DNA of 64,000 nucleotides. It comes from Pocillopora damicornis (taxonomy: Eukaryota). Below, piece by piece: positions 1 to 11,099 of this stretch. The stretch covers positions 1 through 64,000 of the forward strand of contig NW_020846501.1 in the NCBI RefSeq assembly GCF_003704095.1. The letters are read 5' to 3'. The position numbers were made by a program, and so were the translations under genes. How positions within the stretch are numbered: the stretch's first letter is position 1; each line of letters starts with the position of its first letter. The notes under the pieces are model-generated. The model made no database searches and was not told where the DNA came from. It worked only from the letters and a program-made list of their open reading frames with translations.

Positions 1-612
1 GATAGGCGGTTTTATGACGCGGATAAACATGCAATCCGTACCCTGACAGAGGTTTTTGGGAGTAAACTATGGAAGAATAGTGTGGTGGCTTTAACCTTTG
101 CTAACTTTAAGACCAAAGATCCAGATGAAGAGAATGACTTAACTTACTTCTCGAATGAGAAGTACTTCTGGGAAAAAGAAATCGATGAATTCCTAGCCAA
201 TTTAAAGGTTGATTTACTAGTGCGTCAACAGATTCCAATTGTTCCGACAGGAAATTTTAAACAACTTTGCCTTCCCGGTTGTGAGAACTGGCTCTCAGAG
301 CTGTGGATAAAATGCTTCAATGTCATGAGTATTTCGTCAGGGTTAGCATTCTTCAAAATTAACGAGAGCCGTTTGAAATATCTAGACAGTTCTCCAGTCA
401 CCGCAAGCACGGCCACCGCAAGCACGGCCGCCGCTGCCTGTTCCTCTTACAATCCTGATGCTCATGAGGATATCCCAACAGAGATTCCTCAGAATCAAGA
501 GCAAGAAGATGGGCTGTTAAAGAGGCTTTGGAAGGCTTTCTTGGACGTCTATGAAGCAGCTAAAAACTTTGGTCATCGCATATTACGATTTTTTTTTTGC
601 CAAACGAGGTAA
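1..612 (+). CDS. AIG1/Toc34-like (GIMAP-related) GTPase, C-terminal part; 5' end outside window
   Basis: Frame is open from base 1: DRRFYDADKHAIRTLTEVFGSKLWKNSVVALTFAN...IPIVPTG...LPGCENWLSELW. The RF..D...I..LT..FG..LW....V.LT(F)A G4 region and the LP...W...L motif resemble Toc34/AIG1 GTPases. A 15-bp tandem repeat at ~400-429 encodes TASTA-TASTA. Stop at 610-612. Confidence 0.7.
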   Translation, partial: DRRFYDADKHAIRTLTEVFGSKLWKNSVVALTFANFKTKDPDEENDLTYFSNEKYFWEKEIDEFLANLKVDLLVRQQIPIVPTGNFKQLCLPGCENWLSELWIKCFNVMSISSGLAFFKINESRLKYLDSSPVTASTATASTAAAACSSYNPDAHEDIPTEIPQNQEQEDGLLKRLWKAFLDVYEAAKNFGHRILRFFFCQTR

Positions 613-819
613 TTCAAATGTCAACTAGCAAACGATTATGAACGAGTTTTCACACGAAAACCAATATGTTTTGCTCAGAGAACTTGAAATTTTTCTCACT
701 TTGCATGTGCTTAGAGAATTAAAACTGATCCTTTCCTGTAGCGTTAATATTTATGGCCTAGGGGTAGTCAATTCCACGAATTTTGAAAAGCACACGACAG
801 ATATATCTATCCGCTAATA

Positions 820-1158
820 AGGACCTTGAGCAAACGGCGAACCTAACAAAACAAAAGATCTCATGGGCAGAAGAATAGCCCAGCACGTGCATTTTAAATT
901 TTTGTACATTTCTTGGTTTTCCTCTACGAAACAACAACGTTAAATCACCAAAATTTGCGTCATGTGATGAGAACTGAAACCACGACGCAAATTATTTAAG
1001 TTTCCATCTGGAACTCAATGTTTCTTACAAACACTTTGCCGAAGTTGAGGTGTAGCACCGTAACGGTAAACACATCTAGCCATTCGCGAGATTCTAGTTG
1101 AAATTTTCAATTCATTTTTTAATCGACGGTATTGTCTTCCTGACTGCTCAAGTTCCCT
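820..1158. mobile_element. Non-autonomous DNA transposon (MITE)
   Basis: Terminal inverted repeats aggaccttgagca / tgctcaagttccct. A related degenerate copy lies at ~49725-50040 and a fragment at ~3329. Confidence 0.55.
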
Positions 1159-2373
1159 AGTGTACGTTGACATTTGACTGCCCCCACGGCTCGTGTTTCA
1201 CACCAGATCGTAAACGTAAACGATTCAATAATAACTCGCGCCTACACAGAAGTGGATTGTTTGTATTACAGAAATGACGACTTAATCGAACATACCGTTA
1301 TAAACTCTAAAAACGAGTTTTGAAATGAAAATTCGTGTGTTAAAGGTGAAGATCGATTGCGTTACTCCGTTTAGAATCATCCCCATCACAGGGGGAAGCC
1401 CAAATGAAGGCCATTGGCTGCCCTTAGTTCATTTTGTTAAACGATAAAAATACAGCTATATTTAATCTGAAATACCGTAAGGGTTTCCTTATATTGGTGT
1501 CGGGGAAAGGAATGGAAATATTTTATTACTTTAAACCATTCCTGTAAAAAAGAAAAAATTATAAAAAGGCAGGTTGATTACTTCTTGTTCCTTTTGGAAG
1601 CCTTATCTTAGAGGTAGAGTTTGGTCACGTTTCCCTCGTTATGATCGCGAAGTTGACATGGAAACAGTTGTTCAGTTTCTACAGTAATTAGAACTCGTGA
1701 TAGTGTCTTGGGAAAGCTATGTTAATAATTAAGTTAATTTGTTAATCCAGGAAGAGTGAATCTCTCTGGTAAAAGGTCACGTTCGACACCTCTCGTGCTT
1801 AAACATGTGATACCCTTCATGTTTCGCAATTAGATAGTTATTATGACTACCACGTAGCAACTTGGATGCGGTACTTGTGAACGCCCCTTCTTCGCCAACT
1901 TTTGTAATCATGATGTTGTTATGTAACGGTCTTCTAAGACAATTTTCTCTTAAGATACCCCTTCAGATGTAAATAATATTCTGTCAATAGGTTAGTTATG
2001 ATTTTTATATTACCAATCTCGTTTCTGTTTTGGCCGATCTCAACTGTAAGAATTAGAAATTTAAGGTAAAAAATGATTTTGTAACTGCGCAAATAACTCG
2101 AAGGCGCAGGAACTGTCATACGTAATCTAACATGATTCGCTGGCTGAGATAGAACGATGACGATACCAGAAGATTGACAGCCTAGTAGTGTCATCTGCAG
2201 TGTCACCTTTATAAACGGTGACCCTCGCTTTTCTCATTAGATAGAAGTTAGTCCCCGTTGTAACAACTTGAGAAGAAAAGAAATTAAATAAGAATCAACC
2301 AAACAAACGACGAATGTTAGAGATTTTACTTCTAAAAATTTGAAGATGTTCCTTGCATGACCCCTCGCTTAGA

Positions 2374-3860
2374 AACTGGGTGCGTGAGAGGGGCCTGGTC
2401 CCTCAGACGATGTCGAGGGACTGGAGCGATTAGTTGAATTTTGTCAGTGTGCATGTTAGTGCGGCATTCCCACTTAGTGATTTCTTTCCTTTTACGTTTC
2501 TAATTATATTTTTGTATTTTTGCACGCACATTTTTCTTATTGTTTTCGCCTTCTTTTCACTCACAGCGATTTGTATTCTGTTATATTTTTTCGCATAATT
2601 CTGCTGAACATTGGAGAGTCAGATTGCATTAGGTTAACATCGATTCTTTCACTGCGATCATCTTTTAGTTGTTCCGTCCTTCGTGCTCGCAAGTCACGCA
2701 ACGTTTGTAAGTGTCTTTCCTTTGCCCGATTGTATTTCCTCTGTTGTTTTGCGTTTTCCTATTCCTTCTACTTCGTAATAACTTGCAATAATTTGTTCCT
2801 TTTAACAACCACGATCAACCGTGATGTAAATAAATTTTAAAGCGTTCGCGTCTTGAAGCCTGACTTTGTTGGTAGTCACAGTGCAACTACACACTTTTCT
2901 GCGAAAATTCACTCTAAACATTCTAAAAGGAAAGGCAAGAACAAACTTGATCCCAATACTGCATAAAAAGGGTATGATTCTGTGCGTGTCATGTACTTAA
3001 CAGCGTCATTGAGAGCCGAATGTCATTAGCATATCTGGGGCCATACGATTTCGACATTTTAGGTCACGTCACACGTATTCATTTTCCGCTGAAATTTCAA
3101 GAAATTGTACTCGTGCCATATGCTGGAAGGTTTGTCTGCGATGGAACCCATAGCATATACACCTCATCCTTTTTCGATTCAGTATTTTCATGTTCTGTCA
3201 AATAAATATAAAACAGAATGTAACTCCTTATATTGGTAAATATTTTGGTAATATCTGATCGACACTTACTGATTTTCCAAATCAGTAAGTGTTCCGTGAG
3301 GTCATAGTGGCAGTCTTCAACCAATAATTAGGGACGTTAAGCAGTTAGCACTGCAACGCCGAGGAAGACGTCGATTTAAACATGAATACATATCAGACAT
3401 GGTTTGATGCTACTCTGGTTTACAGATTTAATGNNNNNNNNNNNNNNNNNNNNNNNNNNNNNNNNNNNNNNNNNNNNNNNNNNNNNNNNNNNNNNNNNNN
3501 NNNNNNNNNNNNNNNNNNNNNNNNNNNNNNNNNGAGAGAGCGAACGTCATCTACAACTGGGGGCGTGAGAGGGGCCTGGTCCCTCAGTCGATGGCGAGGG
3601 ACTGGAGCGATTAGTTGAGATTTTGTTATTGAGCAACTACACACTTTCCTGCGCAAGTTAACTCTGGAAATTCTAAAAGGATTTAGACAAGAACAAACTT
3701 GATCCGAATACTGCATAAAAAAGGTATGATTCAGTACGTGCCATATACTTAATGGTGTCATTGAGAGCCGAAATGTTATGAGCATATATGGGGCATCTCA
3801 TGTTATGTCACACATTCATTCTCCGCTGAAATTTCAAGAAATTGTATTCATGTCATAAGC
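2374..3860. repeat. Local tandem duplication: 2374-~3125 (interrupted by the solo LTR) vs 3555-~3860, either side of an N gap
   Basis: Shared gcgtgagaggggcctggtccctcag...gagcgattagttga and caactacacactt...gaaatttcaagaaattgta, with many substitutions between copies. Confidence 0.85.
2450..2878 (+). mobile_element. Solo LTR
   Basis: TG...CA termini, 5-bp direct flanks CAGTG (2445-2449 and 2879-2883), AATAAA at 2829-2834. Absent from the paralogous block at ~3620-3635, which is the empty site. Confidence 0.65.
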
Positions 3861-5157
3861 AGAGGTTTCAATTGAAATGGAAGTAAATTTAGCATGTAAG
3901 AGGGCAATTTCGGAAAGAGTAATCTGTCTGAAAGCGGTTTTTGTTCCTAGTCAATCACACTTCTGTGCGAATTGTTCAAGCTGCTAGTATCATTCGATAA
4001 CTCAACACAAACTTCATGGGTCAGCTTTATTACGCAAGATTCTTTTTCAAATGTGTGACCCTATGAACGCTTCGATAGAATATGGAGAATTCTGTGAAGA
4101 GAACTGAAAGGAAGAATAAATGAAACACATACTGTTGGGTGAAATTTGCACAAACCCTCGAGTTATTCAAACAGCAGTAACAGTACATCCTGGTACATCA
4201 TGGTCCTAGAGGTAATAGGGAAAATCCAGCCATGGGAACATGAGAGGTTGTTTGCCTGTCAGAAAAACACATTTGTTTGTAAGAAATGAATGATATATTA
4301 TGGTAATTAAACTGAGCAGAGTGCAATTTGATCTGCAATCATAGGTGTGATTTCAAAGTTGAACAAGCACTCAGTGCAAGTTTGATTTAAAACCACAAGT
4401 ATGGTTCAGACTAAACTTGTGCAACACAAAGTCTAATTACCACTTGATTACATCTATTTTGAAATTGCAAAATTCAGTCATTCAAATACAGGTTTTTGTA
4501 ATCTGTACAAATATTCAAATGATCAAGTATTTAGCTGGTTTGTAAAAAGTTGCAAAAGTGTAATTTGGTTGGTCACTTAAAACAAGTCTTGAAATCTGAT
4601 TGGTTGTTGTTTTTTTTAGTAAAGCTCTCTCATTGGCTGGGAAAAATTAATCTTGCTGTATCCTCCACAGGCTGGGAAAAAATATTATGAAATGTTTTGA
4701 TTTGTGATCAAATTGCACAAATGAGAGCCAAATCAGATTGCAGGATCAACAGTGCTTTCAAAATGGATATAATAAATTACTTATAGGTAATTCCAAAATG
4801 CATTGTCTTCTTTACATTATAGGGTTTTAACCTGTATATTGTACATAAATCTATTAGCAAATAGATTCCATATTGTTGTGGGTCTGTTCAGTATTAGATC
4901 ACAAAATGATTAAACATGTTAAAAGGTGGCAACAACAAGAAAAACTAACATGAGGCACAGCAACAACTTTTGGGACAATCTATGTATCTGATGATAAAGT
5001 GAATCTAAGTCCCTTTGGTAAAATAGAACTGTAGATAGATAGTAAGATGATTTTTATTTAATAAATCAATTAATTCATCGGTGTTTGTCCTCATTAAATC
5101 TTTTCAGGGCTGTGTGAATATGTTATGAGCCACTATTAGCCTAAGAGTGAGAAAATC

Positions 5158-8100
5158 ATGTCACAACAGGCGAGTGAAAGGGAATCAAAGCCTGAAAAAC
5201 TTATTGACACTATCAGGCATAAAATAGAGAAGAATGAACAGTTCTTTTCCTTGGAGTTTTATCCACCAAAGACCTTCAATGGAGCAACCAACCTTATGGC
5301 AATACTTGGAAGATTACATGAACAGTGTACTCCTCTCTTTTGTGACATCACTTGGAAACCATCTCAAGACCCTATGTCAGACAAGTGTCAGTCAGAGCCT
5401 AGCACACTGTTAGTTTCTGCGGCAATGATTGATGTATATGGACAAAATATTATGATTCACATCCCATCAGGAAACACAACAAGAAGTCAGGTGTTGGAGC
5501 ATCTTAATCGAGCTAAAAATCTTGGTATTAAAAGTGTTCTTGCAGTGAGAGGAGGTACTGCTTGAATTTTATGTGAGTCATTTTATGTTGGCCAGGGCTT
5601 CCTCTGGTATCTGTAGCATGATGTGACCATACGTATTACCATAAGTATTACAATAGACTGGTATAAGATGCCACTACCTCCTGAGGCTAGACCCCACTCC
5701 CCTATATCATTTCATCAGGCTTCCCTGACAATTCCCTTGTTCCCATTGATACTCCTGGATGGTGATAGCCACTGTGAGAGTGAACTGTCTTTGATACAAC
5801 ACAATGACCAGGCTGGGTCTTGGACCTGGATCTCTAGAACCTGAACTCTTGTGAGCTAACTTTTGGTCCGCAAGTCTCCCGCTGTTTTTCTTTCCAACAC
5901 AACGTAAGAACTCTGGAAAGGCTAGAACAAGTGATTAACATGTTAATTCTCCTGATAACATCCATACATGATCCAGCATACAGGTAACGAGAATACTCAA
6001 ACTTATTAGGTAGAAGTTGTAATCTTGATCTAACACCAAATTCTCATAACTTATTTGCAAGGAAATGTTTAGCAGCTGGAGGGGAGAATTAACAATCAGA
6101 TCTTGGTGTTAAAAGGGTTAACAGCTGAGTAACCACCATTAATTGATTACTCTAGGGAGATTCAGTAACAGTGCAGATTTATTGAGTTACTGATTAAAAC
6201 TTGAGAAAACTTTCACCTTTTGTCTAGCAGATGAAAGCTATGGTGAAGCCATGACACCAAAAGAAGATGGATTCGACTACACTGTGGACCTGGTTAAATT
6301 TATCAAAAGTGAATTTGGGGACCACTTCACAATAGGAGTGGTAGGTATGTAAAACCTTAGTGGGTATTCTTCTCTTCTTCTTTGACAATTGTATTCAAAT
6401 TGCTATGTTTATACATGAGTTAGTATTTCAATCTGCAGGTATGAGACTCCTGAGTAGTGAGTAAGAATTGGCACTCTTGGCGTTAGCCAGGATTATACAC
6501 ACCTTATCCGAAAGTTTTACTTATGATACTAGCAAGTATTTTGCGAGCTGTGCAGTATTTTTCTTTGCTCTGAAGGGGAGAAGAAAAATATGAGCAATGA
6601 GAACAAACTATTTGCTCGTAACTTATGTTAAATCATTGCATGAGGGATTTAGTTTTACGTGGGATGCCTGTCGCAGACCACGCTAAAAAATGGGATTGAA
6701 TATCAGCGTTGTGAGATTTGGAAATTAGCCACCTGCTTGTTAGCCACGTGCATGTGCCTCTCATTGAAGTTGAGGCCTATTGGCTGGAGTTAAAACTCGG
6801 ATGGGTGACCGCGCATCATACCCCGTGTCAATGACTTTTTTGTCTTTTTTTTTTTTCGGTTTCATTCCTGTTCCTCGAAGAAAATTAGTTATTTTCCGCG
6901 TTAAACCCGGGTGACTGTACATAACGACCAACGCATCTCTCGTTAACGCCATCGAATATGGCCTGCGTAGAAAACAAAGCTAAAGCCATTGAAGTGTTTT
7001 TATGGCTAACCAAAAAAAATCTGATGCGCTTAAAATTTTGTTGCGTAACCCTTTAAGCCCCGATATTGACATGTATATTCTCGTCACTGTTCCCCATATG
7101 TTTCTTATTTTACTGATCGAGAGAATTTGTTCAAACATCAAGACGTTTCATCTTTGGTAATCATTTCATTCATTCTCATGATCCGTACATTTGACCAGGC
7201 AGTGATATTGTGAAGAGAAATTAGATGCTGGTCACTACTGGGGCTTAAAGGGTTGAAAAGTTAAGCTTAAAAAAATGGAATAAAACCAAAGTTTAGATCG
7301 TTCAGTGCGGCCATTTTGTCCTCCACTCCTCCCTCGTATTTTTGCCCTGTTCTTCAGTGTAATACTGTGGCATATTTTGCGCCTTCTGTCGCCTTAATAT
7401 GGTAAAAAAAAAATTAACAGTGGAAACATTATGTGATTTATATTCTCATGTTCTAGGTTATTTGATGGCCTCCTCTGACGTTCACAGTTATGAAGAAGAC
7501 TTAAAACATCTTAAAGCCGAGGTTGATGCCGGTGCAGACCTTATCATTACACAAATGTTCTTTGAAGTTAAAACTTTCCTTAAGTTTGTTGACGATTGCC
7601 AGAGATATGGAATCAATGTTCCCATTATACCTGCCCTTTTTCCAATACAGGTTTGTAATAAGTTGTATTGTTAGATCACCCTTACGGTTCCGCGCGCGCT
7701 TTTATTGAAAAGCTTTAGACGAAAAATCCCCGTGCGAGAGCCGCACGCAGTGGCACGTGCAGGGCCCGAGAAACCTGTCCAGCCTCGCAAGATGCAAAAT
7801 GAAAGTATAAAATATGAAAAAAAAAGAGTGAAGGCTATATTATAAAATGCTTATTGACTAAGTTGGGTCGGGTCGGATGGGAAAATGTTTGGCTTTCCGT
7901 CATGACTAAGCTTCGCTCGATCCGTCCGTCATGGCCTCGATCCAAATTTGTTGTTCTCAGGCCCTCCTACTCAAGCAAGTAGTTAGTTATTTTTTAATAA
8001 ATCAGTGTCAAGTTTCGATTTCTACTTTGTCAAATCAATGCATGGTTAGCCTGTGAGCAGGCCCGCATGAGTGGTGTTAAGGCACCAGCGTTGCTCCACG

Positions 8101-11099
8101 CGCAAGAACGTTTGAGGCCTCGGTCAGAGCGAGCTAGAGAGGTACAACTTTGCGAAGGGTCTGACACTAATAATGAGCTAGACCCCGTGCAGACCTCGCG
8201 GGCGTAGAAACCCTTGTGGGGCTGCACTTCTTACGAGGTCTATGTATGACACAACTTTTAAAGTTATCTTTTTGGTATTCGATAGAACTTTAACTCATTG
8301 CGGCAACTGAAACGGCAATCCCGCGTAGAGATACCACAGTGGCTGTTGGACAAACTGGCTCCAATGAAAGATGACACCACTGCTGTCATGAATTACGGCA
8401 TCAAATACTCCACAGAAATGTGTAAGCAGCTGTTTGAAAGCGGCCACGTCCATGGTGTACATTTCTATACATTGAACAGGGAGACCTCCATCACAGAAAT
8501 TCTAGAAAAGATTGGAATGTCGCATAAGGAGGACGAACTGGATTCCGTTTCTATGCGGAGACTGCCTTGGATGCCGAGCCCCGCCCAAGCAAGGAGGGGC
8601 CAAATGGAGCTAGTTCGTCCGATTTTTTGGACCTCAAGACCTCGCAGTTACATGATCCGTACTTCAAACTGGGATGAGTTCCCGAACGGGAGGTGGGGAG
8701 ATTCTAGCGCAGCGTCATTTGGAGAATTAAAGGATTATCATTTGGTGCTGCTGGGTACAAACAAGAGTAAAGAGGAACTGTTGAACATGTGGGGACGCGA
8801 GTTGAACAGCCCTGAGGACGTGTTTGAAGTGTTTGTGTGCTATTTGAATGGAAATGAAAACAGGCATGGGTACAAGGTGGGTATTTCGTGAAATTCAGCT
8901 GNNNNNNNNNNNNNNNNNNNNNNNNNNNNNNNNNNNNNNNNNNNNNNNNNNNNNNNNNNNNNNNNNNNNNNNNNNNNNNNNNNNNNNNNNNNNNNNNNNN
9001 NAACTAGCATCAGAAACATTGCCTTTTGTCGATAAACTCGCCCATATCAACAGACACGGAATACTCACGATCAACAGCCAGCCAAACGTGAATGGTGCAC
9101 CTTCCACAGACCCTGTGTCGGGATGGGGGCGTCCGGGCGGATACGTTTTTCAAAAGGTGAACTCTGCTGATTGGTTGTCGCTAAACGAATTAAAAGTCTA
9201 TCACGACCGAACTAAATTTTTTTGTGACCAACATTAATGTGGAGGAGGGGGAAAGGGGAGAAATGGTTCAACAGTTTTGACATGGATTGTTGTTTTACTT
9301 TTAAACAAGCTTCTAATTTCTCCTTACAATATCACCCTAGAATCAAACATAAAGGTCTTGAGAATAAAGGAACTGATCACCAATTAAAGAAGCCCTTGAT
9401 TGTTACACAAATTCTCCTTGTCAGCACCGTGTGAACTGTATGGAGAACAGTATGGAGAATGTGCATACTGATGTTAGGACGTGGAGGATTCAATGAAACC
9501 CGTGCGAAGGTTTTCTAAATGGTATATGTATTCATGTTCCTACAGGCTTATTTGGAGTTCTTTACCAGTGAAGAAATAGCAATGTGCCTTCATGAAGTCC
9601 TTCAAGACTATCCTACCGTTAATTATCACATTGTGAACTTCTCGGTGAGTAATTTTAAATCTTTGTTTTGTCGTAGAGCAGTTTTAAACCAGAGTCCAAG
9701 TTATCAGAACTACCAGTCAGAACACACGCATCATCATTAACCAATGAGAACCCAGAGTAAAAACAGGCAACCTGCTTAAAGCGCGGGAAAACCTGGGTGA
9801 CCAAATTAGGATTGGTTTTAGTTTTGCATTTGATTGGTAGAGATGGTGGTGCGAGTTTCCAGGACCAATCGCAGAGCGAAGTAAAGCAAAGCCAAAGAAA
9901 TCCAGGATCAGTTTCCGTACTCAATTGAAAATTGCTTTTTTAGTTAAACTTTAAAATCTACGATGAATTTTTTTGCGTAGTAGTTTAGAGGTTCAGACGA
10001 GCTGCGCTCGGTGCTTTAAAGCGAATAGGAGATACCACCGAAGACGAAACTGTTAAAAAGAGAGTAAAGTTCCCCAAAACCCTTCCATTAATGTTTTTGT
10101 CGTATTTTAGTTGCCGTAAATTATGTTTCAAAGAAAACGACTTTGTCGCACGTCTAACGTCAGTTACTGTCACTGTCACGTAATTTAATCTCAGGGAAAG
10201 GAAGACGTGACAAATGCGAATGTGTACTCTTCCAATGCTGTTACTTGGGGCGTGTTTCCAGGATCAGAGATTCTTCAACCGACTGTAGTGGATCCTATTG
10301 CTTTCCAGTTTTGGAAGGTAAGGGTTTGACGCTTAAGGTGTTAGAAACCTGGACGAAACGAGAATACATTTTAGCTTATAAGAGTGCACCTAGATCGAGT
10401 AGAACGCCTTCACAACGGCCAATCAACAGAAAGGAAAAGACCCTGAAGAACCAATGAGAACCCTGAGCGCGGGAAAACGCGGGCGACCAAATCGTGATTG
10501 GTTTAAGTTTTGCATCTGATTGGTTGAGAGAGTGGAGCGAGTTTTCTGGACCCATCACAGAGAGAAATAAGGAAACACAAAGCAATCCCGCGTAACTCTC
10601 AACATTCGAATGAAAATTGCTTTATCGTAAAGCTAAAATCGAGGTTGGTGCGATGGCAAATCAGAATTAAGGAAAATGGCACAAGGAACCAATGAGATCT
10701 GAGCAAAGTATACACGCGCAAAGTACCTTGAAGGCGGGAAATCGCGTGATTAGCGAAAGGATTGGCTGAGGTTTTTCCAGACCTGTCGCAGAGCAGGTAA
10801 AGGCCGCTCTTGCACATGCGTCTATAGGGCGAGATTATTTTCACAAGAGTCCCTCTCTTTGTCATGATCTGTCAGTGTTCTTTATCGCTTTATTTTTTTA
10901 CCATTTTTAGGACGAGGCGTTTGCTCTCTGGAAGCATCAGTGGGGACATATTTATCCCGATAAATCTCGTTCACGTGGGATAATCGACACCATTCATGAT
11001 ACTTATTATCTTATTAACCTGGTGGACAATGATTATGTGGCTGGAAATATCTTATTTGATATTCTGGACATCGTGTTGAAAAAACTGGGCAAAATATGA
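5158..11099 (+). CDS. MTHFR: Methylenetetrahydrofolate reductase, eukaryotic type (catalytic TIM barrel + SAM-binding regulatory domain), divergent
   Basis: Exons 5158-5554, 6231-6344, 7457-7650, 8286-8876, (start in gap)-9156, 9546-9644, 10195-10317, 10911-11099; GT/AG sites and phases consistent. Motifs: [14 protein letters not shown]|[56 protein letters not shown]|[26 protein letters not shown]|DEAF. Confidence 0.95.
6758..6830 (+). repeat. 5S rRNA-derived fragment (5S pseudogene or SINE3 head) in MTHFR intron 2
   Basis: gaagttgagg...gttaaaactcggatgggtgaccgc resembles the 5S internal control region (box A GAAGCTAAGC; IE/box C GTTAGTACTTGGATGGGAGACCGC). Followed by a T-tract. Confidence 0.6.
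7045..7256. mobile_element. piggyBac-like MITE (CCCTTTAA termini)
   Basis: TIRs aaccctttaagcccc / ggggcttaaagggtt; same family as 32845-33054. Confidence 0.7.
9700..9937. repeat. Dispersed intronic repeat family (gcgcgggaaaac...gaccaa...tctgattggttgaga)
   Basis: Related copies at ~10410-10625, ~10660-10800, ~14190-14450, ~15850-16085, and inverted at ~24590-24780 and ~37190-37390. Confidence 0.7.

Noticed and set aside
8902-9001. Missing MTHFR LPW segment as a real deletion
   Set aside because: It coincides with an N gap covering the intron end and the start of exon 5.
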